A DNA stretch of 63,621 nt, filler included, from Lenisia limosa (lineage: Eukaryota; Protista; Breviatea), in the NCBI GenBank assembly GCA_001655205.1. It is 10 parts of 10 records of this genome, joined end to end, with 100 filler letters (N's around TTAATTAATTAA, not from the genome) between each part and the next. Parts side by side here need not be neighbours in the genome. Positions count along the whole stretch, not along the records: positions 35,695 to 38,420 come from LPNZ01002224.1; positions 38,521 to 40,561 come from LPNZ01010088.1; positions 40,662 to 58,519 come from LPNZ01009099.1; 7 more parts are not named here. One strand, given 5' to 3'. Shown here in pieces: positions 37,770 through 50,600 of this stretch; position 1 is the first letter of the stretch, and every line of letters begins with the position of its first letter. The position numbers and the translations under genes are program-made. The notes beneath the pieces were generated by a model. It was given only the letters and a program-made list of their open reading frames with translations, was not told the origin of the DNA and did no database searches.

Positions 37770-37855
37770 CAGAAGCGACTGGCCTGGGTTTTGTTTGTTT
37801 TGTATTTTTAAAAACCTCGTGTGTTTCTTGCAACAAAGATGATTATTGTTTTATA
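37770..37855 (+). repeat. Dispersed repeat family 2 copy
   Basis: AGAAGCGACTGGCCTGGGTTTTGTTTG...ACCTCGTGTGTT..CAACAAAGATGATT aligns with the 62399-62470 copy. Confidence 0.75.
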
Positions 37856-38275
37856 CATGTAGCTATATAATTCCCATTTTGATCCTCTTCTCTCGCATAC
37901 TATATATAGATATGCATGCACATATCGATGTACAGTGGCCGCAATATGTCTTGGCATAATTAACGCAAGATAAAACTCAGTACCCGTATCAGTTCTTATC
38001 GTGGTCGCTCCTAAACTGCCTCCATTTGCGATGGGTCTACTATCTCAATGTCCACAAGTTCATGATACACCAATATGTGATTCGCTGCTAACCTCCCAAC
38101 CCCCCCTGCAAACCTCATCCCACCCTCCTCGTAATAACACCCTCAAGGAGTTTATGAGAAAGTCACAGCCTACCTTCGAACAATGCCTGGTAACACGCAT
38201 GACCTTCTTGTCTCGGTCCTGGAACGACTTGGTGAGGGGGAAGGCTTTTGATAAGATTTGTTGTGTTGTTGAAGC

Positions 38276-38373
38276 TAGGGCTTCACTTCGGTTCGAAACA
38301 GGACTGAATTTCTCGATAAATCCTCGAAAACTGTCGACATTTTTCGTCTGTTTCGAACAGAAGTGAAGCCTTA
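38276..38373. mobile_element. MITE (family 1), full length, no matching TSD
   Basis: TAGGGCTTCACTTCGGTTCG...CGAACAGAAGTGAAGCCTTA; the flanks GTTGAAGC and GGGAGGGT do not match. Confidence 0.9.
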
Positions 38374-38520
38374 GGGAGGGTCATGATGGAAATCTCCCTC
38401 GTTTTACCCCCCCCCCCCCCNNNNNNNNNNNNNNNNNNNNNNNNNNNNNNNNNNNNNNNNNNNNTTAATTAATTAANNNNNNNNNNNNNNNNNNNNNNNN
38501 NNNNNNNNNNNNNNNNNNNN

Positions 38521-40345
38521 GCTTCAACCAAGGCCATGAAGGACCTCATGGAGAAGCTGGCGGCTGAGACCGCCGCGGCTGATAAGGTATGGAGGATCAA
38601 AGAGAAAAGCGGCAGAAAATCATAGATGAGAAGTTTATAAATGGATAATTGCTGATAAAGTGACTGGGGTAATACGCACGGGGTAAGGGGGTAAGATAAC
38701 TTTGTATATAACTCTCTTATGTTTTCTTTTTTTGTTGTTTTTCATAATTTTCCCATTTTTACCCCCCCCCCCCAANNNNNNNNNNNNNNNNNNNNNNNNN
38801 NNNNNNNNNNNNNNNNNNNNNNNNNNNNNNNNNNNNNNNNNNNNNNNNNNNNNNNNNNNNNNNNNNNACTTCCCCTGAGGAAGTGGTAGAGGCCGCCAAG
38901 GCCGTCACGCAGGCCACTAGCAACCTTGTGATCAGTAGGGCGGCTTCTTCTTCTTCTTCTTCTTCTTCTTCTTCCACCCTTATCCTCGTCTTCTTCCTTC
39001 GCATTTTTTTCAATCCCATCATTAATGACATTGATACATTCTCTCACTATTTTCCAGGTACTAAACTGGGGCAAAACAAGGTGGCCGCTACAACCGCCAT
39101 TACTGCTGACTCCGTTGTGGACCTCATTCGTCTCTGCAATCAATGCTCAGAGAGTGTGGAAGACGAGGATGTCAGGGATAGGTTGGCTGGGATTAGCTGC
39201 AAAGGGTTCTATGTGGGGCTTCACTTCGGTTCGACAAAGTCCAGTCTTTTTTCGAACCGATGTGAAGCCCTAGTTCTACTTCATTAACGATGTGATCTAA
39301 TTAATGATATGATGATCTTATTAGTTATATGAGATTGGCTTTCTTGGTGATATAATGATCGTTATAATGATATGTTACTATTGCTACCGGCTTATTGACC
39401 TTTTTAGCATGCTTCGTGCTGCGGCTTTGGTTAGTCACTCAATGAAGGACCTCATCAACACTATCAGGTGTGTCAGCCGACAGAGTTTATTTTGGTCTTT
39501 TTTTTTATTTTTGTAATAAATTGCTCAATTTTACCTATTACCCTCCCCGCTAACCTTACACAGGTCCGGTGGCGCGGGTATCAAGTCGGCCGAGATGCAG
39601 GGCAAGATTGCCGACGGTTCTCGAGCGATCACTTCCGCTATCAAGGAGATGATTGAGGCTTCTAAGAATGTCAAGGTAGGGGGTCCTGAATCATATTTTG
39701 CCTTTGGGAGACATTAAGGAATAATGATGATAAATGCAAATTACTTGAGACAACAATATGTTTTTTTATCTCAACAAAACATCAGTCTTGATTAGCTTCC
39801 TCTTTGGGATAACCAACTTTCCTGCGGAGCTTACAATATTAGGGAAAACTTCTGACCGACTTGCCATTTTTGGTTGACCAACTTACCATATTAGGGAGAG
39901 CTCTTCGACTTGGCGGATATGGATCCGAACGCGGTTGCGGAGAGAGAACTTCATGCCGCCGCTCGTGCCATTGAAATGGCTGCCAAGAAGATTGCCGGAC
40001 TGAAGCCCAAGACTAAACAGAAGTCCGAAGCCGAGCTGGTGCGCGCGGGGGGGGGGGNNNNNNNNNNNNNNNNNNNNNNNNNNNNNNNNNNNNNNNNNNN
40101 NNNNNNNNNNNNNNNNNNNNNNNNNNNNNNNCGTGACGCCCATCTATGGGTTCCTTAAAGCGGGTTATTCTTATTTGCTGAGGGAAAAGGGGATGACTTA
40201 TCTCTAATCCCATTCCGCCATTCAGTTTAGCCACTTATTACGCACAGAGAGCCGAAGAAGAGGCCGCGTTGAGGGAGGAAGTTGACAACACCTACGAGGG
40301 CATTATTGTGGACGCTTGTCTTGGCGTTGCTGGAGCTACCGGTGG
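38521..40345 (+). CDS. TLN: Talin C-terminal rod (R12-R13 / start of I/LWEQ actin-binding domain), partial
   Basis: EEVVEAAKAVTQATSNLV...AITSAIKEMIEASKNVK...MDPNAVAERELHAAARAIEMAAKKIAGLKPK...YEGIIVDACLGVAGAT (cf. talin DPTVIAENELLGAAAAIEAAAKKLEQLKPR...FEEQILEAAKSIAAAT). Confidence 0.9.
38945..38973. repeat. (TTC)n microsatellite in a talin intron
   Basis: About 10 tandem TTC units. Confidence 0.9.
39214..39272. mobile_element. MITE (family 1), short internally deleted copy in a talin intron
   Basis: TGGGGCTTCACTTCGGTTCG...CGAACCGATGTGAAGCCCTA; flanks GTTCTATG and GTTCTACT (6/8 TSD match). Confidence 0.9.
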
Positions 40346-40699
40346 GGGGCTGGGGAGTTTTTTTTGAACATTTGTAAAAAATCAAGAGAAATAACATACT
40401 AGTATACATTAGAAATCTAGGAAAACAACTACATAGGGATGCCATAACACATTACCATACTTCCGCGCCACTCAAAGATAAATATTTGAGTGACAGATGA
40501 GACCAACATACCAGCCTGATGATGAGAGAGATTTCGATAAGAGAAATAAGAAAAGATAACTNNNNNNNNNNNNNNNNNNNNNNNNNNNNNNNNNNNNNNN
40601 NNNNNTTAATTAATTAANNNNNNNNNNNNNNNNNNNNNNNNNNNNNNNNNNNNNNNNNNNNATAAACCTACCATAAGTGCTTCAGCTATATCAGGGCTC

Positions 40700-41600
40700 T
40701 CCACAAAAATTGAAGAGAGAAGTTTCCGAAAGATTATGTCATTAGAACCTGGAATTCAGCAAGAATCTATCATACACAGGCAGCCACAGCAGCAACAAAG
40801 GAATCTGTACTCAGTGTACCAATCTGACAAAGTGGGAAGTGACCTTGATGGGTCCTTTGTATTGGAGGAGGTAACTGCTCCTATAAAATATTATCAATGC
40901 TAAGATAAACAAATAATATCACAAGATATATTGCTCACCCATCTTGCCTGGCGCTTGCTCATCTCCTCTCGAAAGAAACGGATGGTTTCATCACCACAGC
41001 GTAGCTCACCTCCACGAAAAGTGTAAGGAATGTGGAAATGATTTTCCGATTGTTCAGCCAATCGTAGAAAACAAGGATAAGGGTTCCTTTCTTCAACCAG
41101 CTCATCCTCTAATTCGTATAGATCATCCATTGTTTGTGCAATGCAAGTGATTGCTGAAGAGTCAAGGGAGAACAGAGGTGAATATACAATAACAAAATAG
41201 AGAAAGAAAGGAGGGGGAAGAAGGATTTCCAGGTTATAATGGGGGGCCAGGTATGGAGTCCTATTTGCTGCGGAAAGTAGAAAAAAAGAGATTCCACCGG
41301 GTATAAGAACCAAGAGCTTAGCGGAGGAATTATGCCCGGTTCTGGACCCCCCAAATCCCGAGGCAGTTCGGCTCGGAGCCCCTGGTACAGGGTTGTACTG
41401 ATAGATAAAGTGGCGTGGTGCGCGAGGTGGCGTACCGAGAACTCATGTGTCACTCATGTACTCCAGTCACACTCCTCGTCTTGCTATCTTGTTTTAGAGC
41501 AAATAGCAACGCACAAAAAAGTCCCAAGCAAGGACAGATTGACAGACAAAGCTCAGTTGCTCAGTTCTCTTTGAGTTTGGATTCAGAATTCAGAATCACC
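40700..41600 (-). CDS. Unidentified gene fragment divergent from the sacsin-like gene
   Basis: Protein-like exon AQTMDDLYELEDELVEERNPYPCFLRLAEQSENHFHIPYTFRGGELRCGDETIRFFREEMSKRQARW ending at a GTGAG donor. Other exons uncertain. Confidence 0.35.
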
Positions 41601-41691
41601 TGTATATATTTGTTGGTGTTTTTGCCACCTTCACCAGTCCTTTGTTTGATTACTTGAATTAAATAAAAGTTTAATTGCCGTGAACAGTACA

Positions 41692-44600
41692 ATGACAGTT
41701 GAAAATGAAAGTGCCTTTGAGGTAGGAAAGTGACTATCTCATATGCTCCCATCTGTGATTTGGAACACCAACTGCTTTATGTTTTATTCTAAAGGTGCCA
41801 CAAGGCAAACCAGGTGAAATCGATGCAGTAAGCATGATCAAGCTATCTTTGGAGAAGTATCCGAACTCAGAGCAAATCATTAAGGTCAGCAGGTTTCATT
41901 TTAGGGAATTTACGCTGATTAGTCAGTCTTTATTTTTTGGATATTTTCCACTTGGTCTGATGTGACTTTTGTTTGTTTTGTGATTCATTGCTCTCCCACT
42001 CATCTACTCTTTTGAAGAAGTCTCTTCAACTAATGTAATACCAAAAAGTCTATCATAATTAATTTTCCCATCCGCTTTTCCCAGTTGACAAATCACAGGA
42101 GACTGTACAGAATGCTAGTGACGCAGGTGCAACTGTACATGTTGTCATCTACGAGAAGTATCCAAGATTTAGTCACTTTAAAGAAGATGTAGCTGTGGTT
42201 AGCATTGGATAAAAAGGATGAGTGTTCTTTTTTGAAATGGAACATTGATTCATTGGTTAGAGTTTTGATATTTTTATTAAATACAATTTTCACCAAACAG
42301 CTTCTCTCAGAGTTCAAACTTTCTCTTTACGTTTTTAGAATCTTTCCTCAATTTACATTTACAACAATGCGAAAATGGACTCCTCAGATGTGAAGCGTGT
42401 TGTCAAGCTTGCACAGTATGTGACCCTTGAATATATTGCGCAGCAGAATGGAGTCATAGATACCTATAATATACTATATTACTAATTATATATGATACTA
42501 TTATTATATGAAAACGATACCTTAGCTAAGGCAACATAATCCTAACTAACTGATATGTAAGGAATAATTATGGAACTTTCCTCATTATCGTCTTCCAAAT
42601 ATTTCTTTTTGACAAAAGGTGATTTTTGTGTCTAAAAAAAAGTTACAATTACCATACATTCATCGCCCCAAACAGTAGTTAACCAAAATTAATTACAACA
42701 AGGCACTAAGTATATCATATAATAATATGATATATATTTCTAAATAAACATACTTATTCCGTTCAGTCTTATTTTTGTCTTGTGACGCGATATAGATCTG
42801 AGAAGAAGTTTCAATTACATCTAGTCGGAGAGTATGGTCTTGGGGCCCAGGCGCTCTACCACTTGGTGGGTCTTGGTGTATTGGCATCTGATTGTGAGAG
42901 TATGGCATGAATATTATGATCCATTTGTTGTACATATTTGCTAGTATCACAAGTAGGGAGACCATATTCTGATTCGCTCCGGTAAAGTCTTCAAAGATGT
43001 GGACCCGATTCCATTGAACCCCTACATTGATGGTTATGAAGCCAACCGTGATGATTTGACTTGGTTGGTGGTCAGTAAAATCAAATTTCAAGTATCAGTT
43101 TTGCAATTTGTGATTTGTCTAAACTGTTGCAATTTTGAATTGTATGCCGCATCTGTTCACCACAAAAAGATTTTGAACACATTCTTCTTTTCAGCGCCAA
43201 CAAAGTGCTTTCTGAAATCAATTAAAAACTGAAACGAAGTTCAAAGTCTACTCCCGATATGACCATATTTTAGCCGTCTCTTTGAGACTACAAGTGTCCC
43301 TTGCCTGCGAACTGACAACCTCAATGATAATGAAAAAGCTGCTCTTTTTAGAATCCCTGTCAGAAACGAAAAATCCCAACTCTACAAAAACGACTGCTTG
43401 ACTGATGACAATGTTTGACATCGTGTTATTAACCTGTAGATTTCCAACATTATTTCATCATTTTCTAAGTCCGCTGAAGCATCACTGCTGTTCAGCAGTC
43501 CTCTACAACGGCTCTTAGTCCTCACATTAGAAGAAGGAGCAAGACATGAGGACTACAAAGGGGACTTGTTGTCGTGTGATATCACCAAAGATCTCCCTAA
43601 AGGTGAGTAAGGAAAATATCAAAAACATGGTTCACTGTTGTAGGATGGACTGTCAAAGCGGATGTCTCACTGGAAAGAAACGAAAAATGTACGTATTTTA
43701 TTATACATCCCAAGATTTAATCTTTAGCTGAGAAACGAAATGAGTTGCTTCAATTCCTCTCTAAATATGAGGCCAAAGGAGATAACCTTGAAGAAAGAGC
43801 ACATCTCAATAAAATCCAAATGGCAACAGATCTACAACAAAAATTCATTGAATGTGACTATGAATTGAATGTCCGTTTCTACCAAAATGGTCAATGGTGG
43901 GATGGAATACATACATAGGGGTTTGTTCTTCTTCTTTACTTGATTTCTGTTTACTATTTTCCATTTTAATATTTTTAGGATTGATCGCACCTGGACTGTC
44001 ATCGAATCCCTTGGGCTAAGCAAACAGCACTCTGATGAACTCAAAGAGCTGCTGCTTCAATGTAATGAACAGGGTGGTAAGTCAGCATTCGTCCCTCTTG
44101 TGGGAATTGCGTTTAGAAAGGTGAGTCAAGGTTATTTCTGACACTCCAGGAACTCGATCAAGGCTTTATTTGCGTTGGTCAACCGTGCTCAGTCAACTTT
44201 CCACAGCAGCTCATTGTCAGCTGTAGGGCTAAAATGACAGACGACCGGTTTTTTTTTCAGTTAACCAGGCGCTCATTGAAGTGGGGTTGTGACGAGATGC
44301 ATGGTCCTGATAAACTAACCCAAACCTGGAATGGCTGTATTTTCTCAGAAATGATTCCTCCTGTTTTAGTAAAGCTGATTCAGAAGTTGGCACAGACAAA
44401 CAACGTAAGTTTGAGTTCGTTCACTATTACCTTTTAGATTTCTGAAATTCCTTGGCCTCTCAAGTCTGATAAAAAGGATGTTTATTACGGCCTTCAGTCG
44501 AAAACTGTTAGTTTGCTGCAGCAAAATGGTGCAAACGTGCTACACGCTATTGTTTCAATTCCAGATTCCATGGATACCTACTTTAAGTTCTCTGATCTTC

Positions 44601-47600
44601 CTGAAGCTTCAGTTGCACTCACTCCATTCAAGGATGCAATGTGTCACATCAAGATCGCATCACCGACTGATAGGTGCCCCATACCACCATGCGTACTTCG
44701 CAGTCTTCTCGCATCAGGCGCCAACATCATCCTCGCAGGCCCGGCATTGTCGGCGCTATTGACTTCAGTTGGCGCATCAAAAGATATCTTGTCCAATGCA
44801 AACGTTGTAATTTCGTCTCTCAAAGGATCCAACCTATCGGCTCAAGAAGGATTGGAAGTTATGGAATTTCTCAACGTCTACAATCTTGAATACAGCAAGG
44901 TCTCTGATATTCCCATTGTTTCACTTCTTGACAACAAATGCACTACCATTGCATTTTGTAAATCTGCGAGTATTTATCATATTCAGAGCCATGTGAAAGA
45001 GTCCAGCTGTTTAATGCCTCAATCATCTTTGGCATTATTTGTCAGCGATCTTATTTCGCCAAAACTACTCCAGCACCTTTTGGAAAATGGCATTATTAAA
45101 TCTGTTGCAGTAACCGATGAAAGTGTTATTTCAAAGATTGCCGATGGCATTCAACGCTTGGAACATAATCATTCAAATTCATCACAAATTGACAGGATTT
45201 TATCTGTTTTAAAATCACTTGATGCTTCAGCTTGTGACTCACTCGCACTTCAATTGCAGCATCATCATATTGCCTTCATTTCACTCAATGAGTCATTTTA
45301 CTGCCCATGCCCAAGCTGTCCTTTGTTCAGTTCTTCCGGATACACGGCAGTTGACTCACTTCTCATGAGCTCAACTCGGGTGAAAGTTGTACCTCACAAT
45401 CATCCCTGTCACAAATTTGTTGAACTCAAGTCTGCCACCCCCCAGAATGTTGTCAAATTCTTGAAACCTGGTCATCAAAATGTCCTCACTGGTTCTTGTA
45501 GTGAAGTTTTTGCGTGGGTTAAAGAAGCCGTGCCTCTTACACCAAATATCGCTGAGACGTTGTACTTCTTCCTGAGAAACACCTTCTGGATTACGACTCT
45601 GAGTGGAGACCTGTGTTGCTTTCCATCACATGAAATGCTGCTGAACTCGGTATTTGCCCAATGCATCAGAAATACCCAACTTCCATTATTCCGGTCATAT
45701 GTTGCCTTTGATGTGATCGAACCAGTTCTCTCCGTGTGTCCACAAATCAAAGAACCAACTTTTCAGTGCTCCCTTGCGTTATGTGACAACTTACCACTGT
45801 CTGAGACACTGATCCACAATTTGTTTTCTTGTGCAGTGGCCAATGGATGTCTGTTCGATCAACTTGGTGCTTTGAAAGTATTTGGAGAGGCATGTATCCC
45901 TCTGTCTGAGTTGATCATACCTAGTGCAACCAATGCGGATTTCTTGGCTTTCTCAAATGTCATTGAGTTTGCTCCAGAGCTTTTTGCAAACTCCACCTAT
46001 CGACCAATCTTGAAGGATTACCTTGATGAAAATGATTTTTTTTCTGTTATAAAAGCCAATTCCAACATTTGGGCCTTCACCAAAATCCTCAGATACATTA
46101 AATGGCATGTTTCTGTCTCTGAAAGTTTGTCAACCATTAGGAAACTCTTACCTTCAGGTCTGGTCGTAGAGATGGTCAAGAAAATTGCTGGCCTTTATTC
46201 CTCTTATAGCATTCAGGAGATTGAAGAGTGGATGGAAGTTTGGATTTTTCGTATCGTAACCAACTTTAGGCACTAAATAGCTATATGAAGAACTTGAACA
46301 GTAAGACAATAATTGAACATCTGAATTCAATTCACTGTCCCTGGCTCTTGACATCCAACTCCCCTGCAAAACTGTCCTGTCCTTGCAATGAGTGTGGCGT
46401 ATTCAAATCTACCAGGATCTCAGTGATTGATGAAATTTTCACTTCTTTCAAAGTCACGATTTTCCATGATCCATGTGTTGCTAACCTTCAAGACTTTGAT
46501 TTGCACAAAGCCATTCAGTTCTGTGAGCCATGTCAAATCAAACCGGAATCCGCCCCTATCTTGAGTAAGTTCATTGATGACTCGACCCGCGATTGTAAAA
46601 CGGCAAACAATGCTGAACTAGCGGAGTTCTTCTCAAAACTCGAGATTATTCCGACATTCTCAGGCAAGTATGTGTCACTCACATCAAAACCGTCAATTCT
46701 TCATGAATTCATTTCAGATGAACTGTTATCGAAAATACCAGAAGTACAAGATTATGTTCTTGGTCATGCTGTTGCCAACATCAAGCGTTTGATTCACCCT
46801 GAATTCTTTGAATCTGCCGAAAGTACTCTCAAAATCGTTCAACCATTTCTGAACTCCATCTCGACAGTTGCCCTCACACTTGATGCTGCAATGCCGTTTG
46901 TTGACCACGAAATACTTAAAGGCACTAAATTTCCCACAATGAATGCTCCTGGAGTCTACTTGGCTCCAACCATCGACAATAAGAGGCTTGCCCCTCTGGC
47001 AGGATTTGAATGTGCTGATGATGTATTCTTGGATCGGGAGTGCAGTATTCTCTTGATTCCGCACATTCCAAAGGTACCTCTCAAAAAATCAATTTTTGCT
47101 CATTTAAACGACCATGATATTGCAAATGATCTGCTCGATTACGCTTCTAAGCTCCACGAAGTTTCGTTTTATGCTGGTGAGTAATTGACAAAACTCACCA
47201 TCAGATATGCTTGATGAATTTTTGAGAACTGCAGAACACAACCAGGTTAAATCCTCAAATGTAAGAACTAGATCATGATTACTTACGCCACACATTCACT
47301 TTCACTATTTAGGTTGCCTGTTTTCATCTTAAACAACTCAAAAAGATCTCACACAAACAATTCAAAGCTGTACTGACAAAACTTTTGGCTGATAAAACCC
47401 GGTTGTTTTTGAACAATACCTGGATATGCCCACACGCATCATTTGGAGTGTTCAATGCAACTGGTAAATCTCATATTGATTCCATTTTGGTTCAATTGGG
47501 TATCACGTTATTGCCGCCTTCTGCACCTTACGAGCTCACAGATATTAATTTCAAATATCTCAAGAACTCTTCCATGAAAATCCCCAAGACTCTCAACTTG

Positions 47601-50600
47601 GAAAACTCTCAACTTCAGAGCTTTAGAAAATGGGTCTTGTCGTTCAACTTATCATACACGAAACTGGCATTCCTGACCAACCAACTTCTTGTCAAAGACG
47701 TATTTGGTAAGAATGTACCACTATCTGTGTTTGAATGGAATGAATTCTGTTGCTGTGACGAAACTGTTGCCAAAATGCTCTCTTATCATGGCATTACAGC
47801 GGACACCAAATGGATCCATCTCAAAGAACTCCAAAACTTCAAGTGCAAGGTTACTTTTAACATGGATAGGTTCTTACATTCAATTGAACCTTTGAAAACC
47901 CCTGTTTCTTTCCAGGAGGAGGTGCTTGCATACGCATTGGAACAGAAAATTCCCAAAAAAACAGTCACCCGTCTTCGGATTTGTGGTTCCAATTGCAACA
48001 AGGCCACTTCCTTGCTCTTATTGCCATCTCAGTCAAATAAGGCTTTGTCTGCAATTACGTCTCTCGAGTTTGCAGATCATCTCTTTCTCAGAACACCTTC
48101 TGTCTCCAAACTATTTGTTCAGTGTATTCCTTTTAGTGATATAATGCGAGCTTTTGAGACGGAATCGGTTCCTGTGTTGGAGGAAGTGATTGCCTATGTT
48201 ACCCAGTCTTACACGAGTGTGACTAGTGACTGGAAGTCGGGGTGCATTGACCGGCTAAAGTCAAGACAACTGTTCAGATGTAAACATCTCAATTTCTGCC
48301 AGTATGACACCAAAGTAGGATATTGATTATCAACTTAGTCCTCTCACTCATCTAGGCGTTATTGAGTCTCAGCGAAATGTCCGCCCCAGACTGTGACCAA
48401 TGGATAGTATCATATCCCGTAATGGACCCTCAAGTATGAATTCTCTGTACCAATTGATTCCTTTAGCCTTGTCCAAACCTCTACCGCTGGGTATGTAAGT
48501 GCAAATCCATTTGGAGCTCCCATAAGCGCTCATTTAAAGCAACGATTGAGGTGAGTAAGGGTTAATCTCATCAATTAGGACTGGGTGCGTTGGCTCAAAG
48601 CAAACCCCGAGAACTCCCCATCTGTACGGCGACAGTTCATTGATAACTCACTACTGCTGATAAATTCGATGAATGACACTGATTGGCTTGAAGTCTGCCA
48701 AATGTCAGAAGTTATTTTGGTTGAGTCTAAACTTTACCCCGTAAACGCCGTATATTGGACTGTTCCTGAAGTACTACGAAGCAGCTTTACAGTTTTGCCG
48801 TTTGACTACCACAATGTCGACAGATCACGCTTTTCTGAGAGCCCTTTGTTCCAAGACCTTCAGGCATTGTCAGGGCGAACAATGACAAGCTCACAGAAGA
48901 TTGTAGTGCTTGGCCAAATGATTCAGCTATACCCTGAAGAAACCAAGCAAACTAGGGACTCGATTGTGATTCCCTTAAACAGTTCTGAAACGCAATGTTG
49001 CTTGGCTAGGGAGGCGATTTTCGATGACCGAAGTGAGAAAAACAAGCTGGTAAGTTGTAGTATGGCTTACACTGTAGACAATTGAACCACCAGAGAGTCT
49101 AAAAAATACAATGCTCCATAAAGATGTCACATGTGAAATGGCAGTGTTTCTTGGATGTCAAATGTTCACTGACCGAATTGGAGAAAATGATGATGACGAT
49201 GAAGATGAGGGAATCTCGATTGACCCAGTGGATGCTCTTCGTATCATACTCAAGGTACTTGGAACAAAACTTTTTTTTACCACAACAGGACTATCAAGCT
49301 GTTGATATGTTTGTGGAAAGACTTCAGAATTGCGTGGACTCTGGAGGTGACACATTTAAAGTGAGTCCTTCCATATTTATAATATCTAGATTATACTGGA
49401 CACACAAAGCATTCCTCCCAGTAAAGCAGATGCCACTTTCACTGAAAAAATGGTACACACATTAGGCCCAGTCTTGGCCTTTTATAACTCGTCAATGATC
49501 GGTAAGAGAAAACACCCCTCATGGTGTAGGCGAAAACGACTTCAAACGCCTGCGTCGCATGATGAACAGCCAAAAGGCCCATGACCCTTCTTCGGTACAC
49601 ACTCAATGGCTATATTAATAAGATGAGATTCGATTGTCGTGAGACGTTAGACTAACATCTTAGATTGGAAAATTTGGTATCGGAAGCGGGTCACTCTTCC
49701 ACTGTACAGACACAGTCTTTTTCATTTCTGGCGATTCAATCATGATCCTTGATCCTGCAAATGTTGCTTTGGTTTGGCAGTTATTGTCCGTTCACACTTA
49801 GAAATCGACAAAAGGGGCCAAGTTTGTGAAACTTCAAAGTAATCTAACGCTGCATTTGTTGACCATTTAGAATTCCTCCACTACAGTCCAGCCCATTCTA
49901 AACGATTTTCAGCTTTGGGTGTTAGAAAGGGTTTGCACATTGGATATTTTGCAATTGAAAATGAATTAAAGAAGGACGTGATTCTTTGAATTTGTGTGTT
50001 TATTGACAGGCAAAACGGTGACACTTGTAGATGAAGACTTCAATGGCTCTTTAATAATTGCCCCACTTCTACTTCCTCACCTTCCTTGGAGGCACGTATC
50101 GGAAAACTCTTCCTCTGGACTCCAGCTTGCTGAAAATGTATAAACCATACTATATCGACGATGTTCTTAACATTCTAGGCTCTGAAAGAATTTGAGTCGT
50201 TTGCAATTCAGTCCAACCTTTTGGCTGATGTAAGAGTGCTGTCTGATAACACGTTTTAGTTAAAGCATTTTGAAATTATTGACATTTCGCCCACTGGCAT
50301 TCCTAAATGTCGAATGGAAATCCAAAGAAACGTTATATCCAATTCCAATACAGAACGTATGGTACTTCTTGATTATTCACTCTGTAGTTGACAAATTCCT
50401 CACATCAATGCCAAAGACGATTAAAGAGCTCAATGAAAAGACTGACACGTTTTTTGAATTCCAGTTGCGCTACGATAGTACCAGGTGGGTTAGAAATAGA
50501 GGATGACAAGTAGTGAAATCGAATTGAAAGTAGCCATCAATGGACAAAGCCAAGAAGTTATGAGGTTCCTGCATTGTCAGGTCATGACAAGACAGCGACA

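Noticed and set aside
38400-38420. TTTTAC(n)/G(n)TAAAA as interstitial telomeric repeats
   Set aside because: These are single homopolymer runs rather than tandem repeat units, and they sit in introns or at repeat ends.
44513-48326. Stop-codon reassignment (TAA=Gln), suggested by the TAA at 54158 and ATA TAA in PIGZ
   Set aside because: About 1200 codons of long exons contain no in-frame TAA/TAG and Gln is encoded by CAA/CAG. Other apparent stops fall in short GT-AG introns.
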